Below, piece by piece: positions 47,852-56,880 of a DNA stretch of 64,000 nucleotides. A program made the position numbers and the translations under genes. The stretch's first letter is position 1. Each line of letters begins with the position of its first letter. Origin of the DNA: Bacilli bacterium (lineage in GTDB: Bacteria; Bacillota_I; Bacilli_A; RF39; UBA660); contig JAGHHZ010000031.1 of NCBI GenBank assembly GCA_017887425.1, forward strand, positions 16,019-80,018. Direction: 5' to 3'. The notes under the pieces are model-generated. The model made no database searches. It was not told the DNA's origin and was given only the letters and a program-made list of their open reading frames with translations.

Positions 47852-48097
47852 ATGTTTAATTTTTCAGATAACTTTTTTAAAAAAATCGAAAAGAAAACCA
47901 ATGTTGGTAAAGACACCATTTTAGGTTTGGCTAAGAAACTTCAAGAGGGTAATTTAAAAGATGAAAACACTTTAAGAGAAGTAATTCAAGAATTAAGTAA
48001 AATGACTGGTAAAGATATATCTAAAGAAAAAGAAAATAAAATAATTAATGCCGTTAAAAATGATAATGTTCCTAAAGATATCGATAAAATGTTTTAA
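47852..48097 (+). CDS. spoVIF: stage VI sporulation protein F-like
   Basis: 81 aa. FFKKIEKKTNV...LKDENTLREVIQELSKMTGKDISKEKENKIINAVKN...KMF matches my recollection of the SpoVIF family pattern. Confidence 0.6.
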   Translation: MFNFSDNFFKKIEKKTNVGKDTILGLAKKLQEGNLKDENTLREVIQELSKMTGKDISKEKENKIINAVKNDNVPKDIDKMF

Positions 48098-48163
48098 ATA
48101 ATAATGGTATAAAGTCAATTTAATCACATATATTTTACTAACGATATGGAAAGTAGGGAATAT

Positions 48164-48556
48164 ATGGAAAAAATAGATATTATAAAAAGTATTACTAGTA
48201 GGACAGGAGGAGAAATTTATTTAGGCGTAGTCGGAGCTGTTAGAACAGGTAAATCAACTTTTATTAAAAAAGTAATTGAAAATTTAGTTGTACCTAATAT
48301 TGAAGATGAATATGAAAGAAAAAGATGTCTAGATGAAATTCCTCAATCGGCTCAAGGTAAAACTATTATGACAACTGAGCCTAAATTTGTTCCAAGTAAT
48401 GCTGCTAAAATAAGAATAGAAGACTTTACAGCTAGTGTAAAGTTAATTGACTGTGTGGGATATGTCATACCAGAAGCTAAAGGTTATGAGGATGAAAATG
48501 GGCCAAGAAAAGTAAGAACACCGTGGGAAGAACCCCAAATAGTGATACCACTATAA
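48164..48556 (+). pseudogene. spoIVA: spoIVA 5-prime fragment (about 125 of ~490 codons), interrupted by an inserted element
   Basis: MEKIDIIKSITSRTGGEIYLGVVGAVRTGKSTFIKK...LPQSAQGKTIMTTEPKFVP...LIDCVGY...AKGYEDENGPRKVRTPWEEP follows Bacillus SpoIVA nearly residue for residue. It then diverges (QIVIPL, stop) instead of continuing IPFxEAAEIGT. Confidence 0.8.
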
Positions 48557-48645
48557 AAAGTGTGTAAAAGCCTTATTTTATAAGGAATTGCAATATTAAC
48601 TTGTTAGTCATTTTTATAAAATTTTGTAAAGAAAGTGAGATTTAT

Positions 48646-49617
48646 ATGAATGAACTAAACAATGTTATAAATGATGAACTAATTGATTTATTGATTAAAT
48701 ATCGCAACATAACTGGTTATTTGTTCCCTATTGGAAAAGTCAAATCTATAAATAATGAAGAGTTAATTAAGCGTATAAAAATATGTATATCAGAAAAAAA
48801 GAGATATGATTTAAAATTATTTAAATTAAATAATATACAAATTATGACGGATGATGTTTTTGAAAAAATAATTCCTTTAATAAAGCAAAATATGGAAGAA
48901 GTTAACTATGACTATATTAACAAATCAAAAGAAATTATAAATATAATCAATTTAAGGAAATGTGGGAAAAAATTTAGTTTTTCTGAACATTTAAGTGCAT
49001 TAATATTTACTTTACTTAATAATAATCGTTGGGGAGATACAAATATAAAAGAAAATAAAAGTAAAATTTATTCTATCTTTCATGACTTTGACAAAAATTA
49101 TTTAAAATTAGTTGACCCAAATGAATTAATAAATGAATTAAAAAAATTGCACTGTAGCAATCCAGCAATAAAGAAACAACTTTATGCTCTTTCTTACAAT
49201 ATAAATATATTAGAAAAAATAGAAGAAGAACATAACAGCTTGGATGAATTTATATTAAAAAATGATCCCAATGATATTGCGATATGTTTTAGTGAAGGAA
49301 AATATAAGTTGAAACAAGTTGGTAAAGCTATTACTTTTGATTATTTGAAAATGGTAGGTATTGATTGTTGTAAATATAGTATTCAAATCGGACGATTATT
49401 TGGGAAAAATAGATTAGCTATTGTATCTAATGAAATAGCTACATTTGAACAAATATTATCTATAATAAAGAAATTATCAAAAATCAATAAAATAAGCGAA
49501 ATAGAGATAGAATTGATTTTACAACAATTTTGTTTATCAAAATCTGCTAATATTTGTGGTGAATTTCCACAGTGTGAAAAATGTAGACTAAAAAGTATAT
49601 GTAATTATAACAAATAA
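48646..49617 (+). CDS. HhH-GPD/endonuclease III-like protein with a [4Fe-4S] cluster motif and an extra N-terminal domain
   Basis: C-terminal CGEFPQCEKCRLKSIC has the Cys-x6-Cys-x2-Cys-x5-Cys spacing of the EndoIII/MutY cluster loop. LKQVGKAITFDYLKMVG resembles a hairpin-helix-hairpin. The ATG at 48646 is preferred over the TTG at 48601. Confidence 0.55.
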   Translation: MNELNNVINDELIDLLIKYRNITGYLFPIGKVKSINNEELIKRIKICISEKKRYDLKLFKLNNIQIMTDDVFEKIIPLIKQNMEEVNYDYINKSKEIINIINLRKCGKKFSFSEHLSALIFTLLNNNRWGDTNIKENKSKIYSIFHDFDKNYLKLVDPNELINELKKLHCSNPAIKKQLYALSYNINILEKIEEEHNSLDEFILKNDPNDIAICFSEGKYKLKQVGKAITFDYLKMVGIDCCKYSIQIGRLFGKNRLAIVSNEIATFEQILSIIKKLSKINKISEIEIELILQQFCLSKSANICGEFPQCEKCRLKSICNYNK

Positions 49618-49635
49618 ACCTCAAAAATGAGGTTT
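49616..49635. terminator. bidirectional terminator AAACCTCA-AAAA-TGAGGTTT
   Basis: Perfect 8-bp stem between convergent genes (stops at 49617 and 49644). Confidence 0.65.
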
Positions 49636-49643
49636 ATTTGACT

Positions 49644-49880
49644 TTATTCTTCAAAAAATTTATCTATTCTAGTATCAAGAATAATTGATATTTTATATAA
49701 TGTTATAAGAGATATATTATTTCTATCATTAGGCGACTCAATTCTTTTTAAATGATTTACTGATACATCAAGCTTTTCGGCTAAATCCATTAATTTGACA
49801 TTTTTTTCTTTTCTATATTTTTTGACATTTTTGCAAATAATTGCTTTTATATTAGCATTATAGTTTGGATATTCATTCAT
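49644..49880 (-). CDS. XRE-family HTH transcriptional regulator
   Basis: KNVKKYRKEKNVKLMDLAEKLDVSVNHLKRIES is an HTH_3-like pattern. Confidence 0.65.
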   Translation of the reverse strand: MNEYPNYNANIKAIICKNVKKYRKEKNVKLMDLAEKLDVSVNHLKRIESPNDRNNISLITLYKISIILDTRIDKFFEE

Positions 49881-50010
49881 ATAATAGCACCTTCTTTAAA
49901 AATATTATATGATTTTTTTGAGAATAAATAAGCAACCTTTCGTGCCTAAAAAATGTTGCAAAACTATTTTTATATGCTATAATAAAAATAGATATTAAAT
50001 CATATCTATG

Positions 50011-50268
50011 CTATTTTGTATTTACACGTTTAGGTAAAGGTGGAAGATTATCAGTAGGCATTAATAATTTATATGTTTCGATTTTTAAAACTTCAGCTAT
50101 TTTAGTTAATGTATCCAATTTCACGTTAGCACGACAAGTTTCAAGGTCACTAATATATCTATTGCTAAATCCACATTTCTCTGATAATTGTTCTTGCGAA
50201 TAATTTAATTTATAACGATAATACTTGATATTTTCTCCTAAATATTTACGAGTTTTAATATTATTCAT
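50011..50268 (-). CDS. XRE-family HTH transcriptional regulator (repressor-like)
   Basis: LGENIKYYRYKLNYSQEQLSEKCGFSNRYISDLETCRANVKLDTLTKIAEVL. Divergent from the rightward genes. Confidence 0.7.
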   Translation of the reverse strand: MNNIKTRKYLGENIKYYRYKLNYSQEQLSEKCGFSNRYISDLETCRANVKLDTLTKIAEVLKIETYKLLMPTDNLPPLPKRVNTK

Positions 50269-50358
50269 CTAACATCACCACTTCTAGTTTATCGTTTTTT
50301 TTAAAAAATAAACACGAACTAGTGTCCACAAAAAATAATATAATAGGAAAGTGATAAA

Positions 50359-50670
50359 ATGAAAGATTTTTTAGTAAAACCATTAATTAAAGAAACCGTT
50401 GCTTTTATGGAAAAAGATAATTTTTTAGATATTATAAATAAATATAAAAAACTTGAATATTACGTAGGCTTTGGTAAAGATTGCTTAATAATTAAGACAA
50501 GAAAGGAAAATTATTCGTTAGGAATTATAGAAGAAAATAAGATTTTGTATTGGCATCTAAAACCTTATAATAATTCTTATTTTGAGACAAAAGTAAATAT
50601 AGGAAAAGGTAATGTTGAAAAGCTTTTATTTGTTATTGAAGAAAATGAAAAATTATTTATAAATTCATGA
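50359..50670 (+). CDS. hypothetical protein
   Basis: 103-aa ORF after an AGGAAAGTGA RBS. First rightward gene after the divergent region. Confidence 0.4.
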   Translation: MKDFLVKPLIKETVAFMEKDNFLDIINKYKKLEYYVGFGKDCLIIKTRKENYSLGIIEENKILYWHLKPYNNSYFETKVNIGKGNVEKLLFVIEENEKLFINS

Positions 50671-50784
50671 ATTAAAATAAATAAGGTGTAAACAAAATGC
50701 GTAAATTCATTAAAATATATTTAAATAAATTTAATATTTATGTATAATATAAATATCTTGATAAATTTTTTTGGAGGTGGCAGT

Positions 50785-51105
50785 ATGAACTATTCAAACA
50801 ATTTGTCAGAGTTTTTAGAAAATATAAATGTTAATTCAAACATTAAAAAAGAATTCAAAGAATTTACTAATTTTACTGTAATAGCATATTATCAACAAAT
50901 AAATGCTGAAACATTAGAAAATGAAAAAGTACAATATGTAGTTGAACTTTTAATTGCTGGAAATAACGTAAATTTTAAAAAAGTAATTTATGATGGAACA
51001 GACAATAGCCATGCAATGAAAGAATATGAAAAGCTTGTTGATGACTTAAATAATAATGAAGAATATTTTTCTAAAATTTTGATGTACGAAAAAGAACAAA
51101 AATGA
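50785..51105 (+). CDS. hypothetical protein
   Basis: ATG at 50785 after GGAGGTGG (the track start at 50740 is probably too early). Confidence 0.4.
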   Translation: MNYSNNLSEFLENINVNSNIKKEFKEFTNFTVIAYYQQINAETLENEKVQYVVELLIAGNNVNFKKVIYDGTDNSHAMKEYEKLVDDLNNNEEYFSKILMYEKEQK

Positions 51106-51233
51106 ACGCAAAAAGTACGAAAATGTAATTGACTAGAAAAAATCAAGTGATATAATATGGTAAAATGCAATCAATTTAAAGAAGATGAGTTTACTCATTT
51201 TCTTTTTGCAAACGATTAATTTTAAAAAAAGCA

Positions 51234-51261
51234 TTGACATTAAGGAAAAATTTGGTAAAAT
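51234..51261 (+). promoter_or_regulatory. sigma-A promoter TTGACA-16-TGgTAAAAT
   Basis: -35 at 51234-51239 and extended -10 at 51253-51261. Confidence 0.45.
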
Positions 51262-51352
51262 AGTTAACAATTATTTATTAAAACGAGATGATGCTATGTA
51301 TAAAGGAAAGAATTACGGTTATATTGTTAATTATTTAAAGTATATAAAAATT

Positions 51353-51398
51353 AAAAATCATTTATAGGTTTTTTATCCCCTAAAAATGATTTTTTTTT
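51353..51398 (+). terminator. long imperfect hairpin + T run directly upstream of the RBS of 51417
   Basis: AAAAATCATTT-A-TAGG ... CCTA-A-AAATGATTTTT (about 15 bp), then TTTT. AAGGAGG follows at 51403. Confidence 0.55.
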
Positions 51399-51416
51399 GT
51401 ACAAGGAGGATATATC

Positions 51417-51881
51417 ATGAATGATGAATACGAAGTAAGTTTATTATCAACCAAGTTTATTAATAAGTACGATATGGATAAAACTATATGTCGGTTAATT
51501 AAATTTATGGAAGAATATAAAAAATTAGAATTTCAATCATCGAGCGAAACCTGTTTATTAACGGCTAAAGATTTCTCTCAAATTTTTGTTGATCGTAGTT
51601 TTAATAATGATACATATTTTAAACTTGATAAGAAAATAGATGCAGAAAAAGAATATAATGAAATTTCTTATAAAATATCAATTATAAACAAGAAAATGAC
51701 GGCTGAAGAAAAAGCATATTTTAGCATTGTTTTTCGTGATATGAAAACCGAATATGTAGCTAGTAATATAATTGGTAGATCTCGTAATGGATTAAAAATT
51801 ATTAGAAATAGTTGTGCTTTAAAAATAGCTATAGCATTTAATTTGGATGTTCTTAAATCCGAAACAATAATAGATGAATAA
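51417..51881 (+). CDS. putative transcriptional regulator (ArpU/sigma region-4-like guess)
   Basis: The C-terminal KAYFSIVFRDMKTEYVASNIIGRSRNGLKIIRNSCALKIA looks like a sigma region-4 HTH. Such genes are common in phage and ICE late-gene control. Confidence 0.35.
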   Translation: MNDEYEVSLLSTKFINKYDMDKTICRLIKFMEEYKKLEFQSSSETCLLTAKDFSQIFVDRSFNNDTYFKLDKKIDAEKEYNEISYKISIINKKMTAEEKAYFSIVFRDMKTEYVASNIIGRSRNGLKIIRNSCALKIAIAFNLDVLKSETIIDE

Positions 51882-52701
51882 TTTGAAAGGAGGTGATAAG
51901 ATAGAGTTATGTCCATTTTATTCGACAGATTTGGGTAAGTTATATAAAGGTGATTGTTTAGAAGTCATGGATTATTTAATAGAACAAAATGCAAAATTCG
52001 ATGCCATAATTACTGATCCACCTTATGCTATAACTAATTATAGTTGGGATCAGATTATACCTTTTAATGAAATGTGGAAACGACTATTAAAACTTATTAA
52101 AGATGATGGAGCAATTGTATTGTTTGGCAATGAACCATTTTCCAGTAGTTTAAGAAAAAGTAACGAAAAGTTTTATCGCTATGATTGGAAATGGTTAAAA
52201 ACACAAGTTACAGGATTTCAAAATTCCAAATGCCAACCACTTCGTTGTTATGAAGATATAATGGTATTTTCAAAAGCTGGAGCAGTAGCTAATGCCAAAA
52301 ACAAGATGTGTTATTATCCACAGGATTTAATAAAAGTAAATTTAGCTGTAAAACGTTCATCAGTTGATTATTTAAAGGAACAAAAAAATATAAATAAAAT
52401 TGAGGCAATTCAAGAATATTCTAACTATCCTAGAAATGTAATTCAGTTTGAAAGAGAGTCAACTATATTTCATCCGACTCAGAAACCGATGAATTTAATG
52501 GAATATTTAATATTAACTTATACTAAAGATGGCGAATTTGTTTTGGACTTTACATCAGGTAGTGGTACTACATTATTAAGTTGTGAACTTTTAAATCGAC
52601 ATTGGGTTGGTATTGAGATTAATGAAAAGTATTGTCAAGTAATTAAAAGAAGAATTAAAAATGGAATTCAACTAAAATTAAACTTTGAAAGAAAAGAATG
52701 A
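51874..52701 (+). CDS. DNA methyltransferase, beta-class N6-adenine/N4-cytosine, no adjacent endonuclease
   Basis: Motif IV IITDPPYA precedes motif I VLDFTSGSGTT. FHPTQKP block present. Confidence 0.85.
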   Translation: MNNLKGGDKIELCPFYSTDLGKLYKGDCLEVMDYLIEQNAKFDAIITDPPYAITNYSWDQIIPFNEMWKRLLKLIKDDGAIVLFGNEPFSSSLRKSNEKFYRYDWKWLKTQVTGFQNSKCQPLRCYEDIMVFSKAGAVANAKNKMCYYPQDLIKVNLAVKRSSVDYLKEQKNINKIEAIQEYSNYPRNVIQFERESTIFHPTQKPMNLMEYLILTYTKDGEFVLDFTSGSGTTLLSCELLNRHWVGIEINEKYCQVIKRRIKNGIQLKLNFERKE

Positions 52702-52964
52702 TAAAAAAAGAGGAGGATTGTTTTATTGAGATAATTTTAGAAAGTGTTTTAAAACTAATTAATGATGCAATGGGATATTTAAGACTGTTTGTCATAGGAG
52801 GAACAGCTTTTTTTGTGGCTAAAGATTATGCTTTAAAGATGGCTAGTTCAGATGATAATCAAAAAGCATCATATGATCGAAAAATTAAAACAACTATTAT
52901 TGCAGGTGTTTTGGCGTTAGTGACAACTGAATTTGTTAATTGGATATTGGGGTATTTTAAATAA
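52698..52964 (+). CDS. small two-TM protein (VirB2/TrbC-like candidate)
   Basis: LRLFVIGGTAFFVAKDYALKMASSDDNQK...TTIIAGVLALVTTEFVNWILGYF is a helix-loop-helix like the pair at 7830-8656. Confidence 0.35.
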   Translation: MIKKEEDCFIEIILESVLKLINDAMGYLRLFVIGGTAFFVAKDYALKMASSDDNQKASYDRKIKTTIIAGVLALVTTEFVNWILGYFK

Positions 52965-53356
52965 TGAAGCAAGAATTTATATCAAATATTCAAAATATTT
53001 TAGATGAAAAACAAATTGAGAATATTCCATTAACAAGAGTCGATTTGTTAAAAGATGTGCTAAACGATAAAGAATTATTTGAAATGTTTTATAGTAATTT
53101 TTCAAAATATTTTAACGAAAATTTTTCGATAGAAGATTTGTTAATGAAGACTGAAGATTTTCTTTATCGGTTACATTATGTAATAGATAAATGGCTGATT
53201 CCCATTCATCATAAAGAAACTAAAAATGAAATCATTGAGTTTTTTAAAAATCTAAAGAATATTGATTTATATAGTGGTGTATCTTATGATGATTCTGATA
53301 AAGAAATTTTAGAAGAACTAGAAGAAACTTTTCATGGAAAGGAATATAAAATATAA
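52964..53356 (+). CDS. hypothetical protein
   Basis: 130-aa ORF, start overlapping the previous stop (TAATG). Confidence 0.4.
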   Translation: MKQEFISNIQNILDEKQIENIPLTRVDLLKDVLNDKELFEMFYSNFSKYFNENFSIEDLLMKTEDFLYRLHYVIDKWLIPIHHKETKNEIIEFFKNLKNIDLYSGVSYDDSDKEILEELEETFHGKEYKI

Positions 53357-53628
53357 TGCAAAATAATTATATAAATTTCATTAAAAGTCATAATTTAGTT
53401 AATCGAATATATGATATGCTTTTTTATTTTGGAACGTTAAAAGATGAAAAAAATGAAAAGACTGTAAAAAAGTTTTTTGTTAAAAAGTTAGATGATATCG
53501 AATATGTTGAAACATTAGCTAAGTACTTTGAAAGAAAATTAAAGCAGTATAAAGATAAAGTAGAAATAAAATGTAATTTATTAGATTTAATTAATGATTT
53601 AAATTATTTAAAACAATATCTATTATAA
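53356..53628 (+). CDS. hypothetical protein
   Basis: 90-aa ORF, TAATG-coupled to the previous ORF. Confidence 0.4.
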   Translation: MQNNYINFIKSHNLVNRIYDMLFYFGTLKDEKNEKTVKKFFVKKLDDIEYVETLAKYFERKLKQYKDKVEIKCNLLDLINDLNYLKQYLL

Positions 53629-53678
53629 AATTTGTAAAAAATTAAAATATATTGTACAATGGCAATAGGAGTGATACT

Positions 53679-54383
53679 ATGAAAAATAAGAAAAAAATTG
53701 TTGTTATATTGTTAGTCATTGTACTTGTTTTTTCAATTGCCATTTTTACTTTAAATATTAATAATAAAAGAACTAAAAATTCTAATGACAACATAAATAA
53801 TAAATTAGATTCATCTGATTTAGATAATAATGAAATTAAAGATAATCTTGATAATGATATGAACAAAAGTATTTTAGAAGATTCTAAAAGTCCAAACAAT
53901 GAAAACAAAGAAACTTATGATAGCCAAAATGTAAATATTAATCCAATAATTGAAGACGAAATTAAAAATAATGAATCAATTACTAGTGATGATAAAGTTT
54001 CAAATGATGATAATAAAAATAGTATTAATGAATTTGAAGAAGAAAAGGAAGAAGTTAATAAAAATACTAATGATGATGAAGAAGTAAATGAAATCATTGA
54101 AACTAATGAAGAGGAAGAAGAGGAATCAACCAAACCGATTGATGAGAATATAATAGATACTAATCATTTTATGTATTCTATTCATCAAGGAAGAATTGAT
54201 TGTGATACTAAAGAACAGTGTTTAGCAATTGGAACTGAAATAGCTTTTATTGATACTGTTGATATTCGTTACTTTAATTGTATAGAAGTAAAATCCACGA
54301 CAAATAAAACGCTTGGATATTATTTAGACATTGTTTGCTATTCAGGAAATTGTGAAAGGTATAAAAGTGAAAATGTTAATTAA
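53679..54383 (+). CDS. secreted or anchored acidic low-complexity protein with Cys-containing C-terminal domain
   Basis: ATG at 53679 after TAGGAGTGA. Signal/TM KKKIVVILLVIVLVFSIAIF. Asn/Asp/Glu-rich middle region. The C-terminal ~70 aa contain 6 Cys. Confidence 0.5.
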   Translation: MKNKKKIVVILLVIVLVFSIAIFTLNINNKRTKNSNDNINNKLDSSDLDNNEIKDNLDNDMNKSILEDSKSPNNENKETYDSQNVNINPIIEDEIKNNESITSDDKVSNDDNKNSINEFEEEKEEVNKNTNDDEEVNEIIETNEEEEEESTKPIDENIIDTNHFMYSIHQGRIDCDTKEQCLAIGTEIAFIDTVDIRYFNCIEVKSTTNKTLGYYLDIVCYSGNCERYKSENVN

Positions 54384-54417
54384 TTTTAACATTTTTTTTG
54401 TTAAAGGAGGAATTTAA

Positions 54418-56880
54418 TTGAAGAAAAAGAATTACAAATTGCTATTAATTGGAATAGCAATTCTATTTATGTCTATTTTTGGAATAAAAGGCATATATGC
54501 TTTGTCAAAAAATGGAATTTTGACCAGAAAATATGTTGATGATATGTACTATGAAAGAACAAAAACGGACTATTATCATTCTCATCAATATTCAACATTT
54601 GATGTAAGTGGTAAGGTCGCATATTGTATTGAACCAGTAACTAATATAACTGAATATGAATACGTTGGTAGTGATGATTTAATTGAGGCATCAGGTTTAT
54701 CTGATGAAGAAATAAGAAAAATACTTTTATATGCTTATTATGGATATGAATATCCAAACCATGGAACTATGGAATATAGAGCTGCCACACAAACACTAAT
54801 TTGGGAAGAAGTAAGTGATTTTAAGTATGAATATCATACCAAATTAAATGGCAAAGGTGATTATATTGACTTAAGTGATGAGATTAAAGAAATAGAAAAT
54901 TTAATAAAAAACCACGATAAAAAACCATCATTTAATGGAATCACTATTGATGCAGTTGTTGGTGAAACAGTAACTTTGACTGATGAAAATAATGTTTTAT
55001 CCAATTATGAAGTCTATGGTAATAATATTGCAAATGTAAAAATTAGTGGTAATAAATTATCATTCAAAGTAGAAAAACTAGGCGAAATAGATTTGCGTTT
55101 TGTAAAGAAACAATATTTAGATGAAGTAGCACTAGTATACACGAGTGGCGATAGTCAAAAACTACTAACATCAGGAGCTTTAGATCCTGTGTATTTTAGT
55201 TTTAAAGTAAATACACTATTAGGGAAAGTATCATTAAAAAAAATAGACGCAGATACTGGAATTGGTATTCCTCAAGGTGATGCTTCATTAAGTTGTGCTA
55301 TTTATGGAATTTATAAAATTGATGGGACTCGTGTCGGTGAATTAAAGACTAGCGAGAACGAATATGTTGTAAGTGATGTTTGGTTAAAAATAGGTGATTA
55401 TTATTTATTGGAAGAACAATCTTCAATTGGATATGAGTTAGATAATACCAAATATTATTTTGAAATAACTAAAGATAATTTATATCCTCAAATCGAAGTG
55501 GTAGAGAAAGTTATTGAGAAAGAGCTAAAAATATTTAAAGTGTTTGCTAGTGACCAAACTGGATTTTTGATTGGAGAACCTAATGTAACATTTGATATTT
55601 ATTTAAAGTCAAATGGACAAAAAGTTACTAGCATTACTACTGATGACCAAGGTTTTGCAAGTACCAAATTGCAATATGGCATATATGTAATAAAGCAAAA
55701 AACAGGGACACAGGATCATGAATTTGTAAAAGATTTTGAAGTTGTTATTGATGAAAATGTTGAAAATTCAATTTATAAATTGCTTTCAAATGCTGAAATT
55801 AAAGCAAGGCTTAAAGTAGTAAAAGTTGATAAAGAAACTGGTAATGTTATTGCACGAGGTGGAATAAAATTTAAAATCTTTGATGTGAATAATAATGAAT
55901 ATGTTTGTCAAACGACTAATAAAGTTCAATGTGTTTTTGAGACTAATGAAGATGGAATTTTACTCACACCATTGCCTTTAAATTCTAGCACATATCGACT
56001 TGAAGAGGTAGAACAAGATATAGATGGATATTTATGGAATAGTCAATCTAAAGAGTTTACTATTGGCGAAAATACTGAACTAATTACTGATTCTACTTAT
56101 GGAATAATTTTTGAAATGCAGTTTGAAAATCAACCAGTAAAAGGTAATGTTGAAATATATAAAACTGGTGAGAAAATTGTTTTTGAAGATGGAACTTATT
56201 ATTATGAAAAAATAAATTTAGATGGAGTAGTATTTGAACTAATAGCTAATGAAGATATTATTTTTGGAGGGAAAAAATATTATTCTAAAGGTGAACTAGT
56301 AGCTACTTTAATTACCGATGAAAATGGCTATGCATCATTAAGAGATTCACTAATTCCTTTAGGAAAATATCAATTAAGGGAAATTAAATCTAATCATAAT
56401 AATCTTATTAATCCAACTGTTTATGAATTTGAATTAAGCTATAAAGATCAATATACCGAAGTTATTTATGAAACTTTTTATTTAAATAATGAATTACCTA
56501 AAGGTGAGTTAGAATTCACTAAGACTGATTTTATAAATGATAAAGCTTTACCTAATACTAAAATTGAAATTTATACTGAAAATAATGTTAAAATTTTTGA
56601 AGGTTATACTAATGAAAATGGGAAGATTATAATTCAAAATTTGCCGATTGGTAAATTTTATATTTTAGAATCAGAAGCACCAGAAGGATATATTTTAAAT
56701 GATGAAAAAATATGGTTTGAAATAAAAGAAAATGGCGAAATTGTTAAAGCTAATATGTTTAATGAGCAAGTGGATGTTCCTAATACATTAAAAAATTCAA
56801 ATAATATATTAGAGATAAATTCAGTATCATTTATTATAATTGGAGTTGGTTATATTATCTATGCGAGTAGAAAAAAGTAG
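54418..56880 (+). CDS. cell-wall-anchored thioester-domain adhesin with SpaA/CnaB-type repeats
   Basis: Signal peptide. Thioester motifs AYCIEP and AATQTLIWE (TQxA). Several prealbumin-like repeats (e.g. GELEFTKTD...NGKIIIQNLPIGKFYILESEAPEGY). C-terminal VPNTL + TM + SRKK. Confidence 0.8.
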   Translation: MKKKNYKLLLIGIAILFMSIFGIKGIYALSKNGILTRKYVDDMYYERTKTDYYHSHQYSTFDVSGKVAYCIEPVTNITEYEYVGSDDLIEASGLSDEEIRKILLYAYYGYEYPNHGTMEYRAATQTLIWEEVSDFKYEYHTKLNGKGDYIDLSDEIKEIENLIKNHDKKPSFNGITIDAVVGETVTLTDENNVLSNYEVYGNNIANVKISGNKLSFKVEKLGEIDLRFVKKQYLDEVALVYTSGDSQKLLTSGALDPVYFSFKVNTLLGKVSLKKIDADTGIGIPQGDASLSCAIYGIYKIDGTRVGELKTSENEYVVSDVWLKIGDYYLLEEQSSIGYELDNTKYYFEITKDNLYPQIEVVEKVIEKELKIFKVFASDQTGFLIGEPNVTFDIYLKSNGQKVTSITTDDQGFASTKLQYGIYVIKQKTGTQDHEFVKDFEVVIDENVENSIYKLLSNAEIKARLKVVKVDKETGNVIARGGIKFKIFDVNNNEYVCQTTNKVQCVFETNEDGILLTPLPLNSSTYRLEEVEQDIDGYLWNSQSKEFTIGENTELITDSTYGIIFEMQFENQPVKGNVEIYKTGEKIVFEDGTYYYEKINLDGVVFELIANEDIIFGGKKYYSKGELVATLITDENGYASLRDSLIPLGKYQLREIKSNHNNLINPTVYEFELSYKDQYTEVIYETFYLNNELPKGELEFTKTDFINDKALPNTKIEIYTENNVKIFEGYTNENGKIIIQNLPIGKFYILESEAPEGYILNDEKIWFEIKENGEIVKANMFNEQVDVPNTLKNSNNILEINSVSFIIIGVGYIIYASRKK

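Noticed and set aside
51185-51367. A 60-aa ORF in the 51.1-51.4 kb spacer
   Set aside because: It runs across a promoter (51234-51261) and into a terminator stem. It has no RBS and a low-complexity K/I/N-rich sequence. The region is better explained as regulatory RNA.
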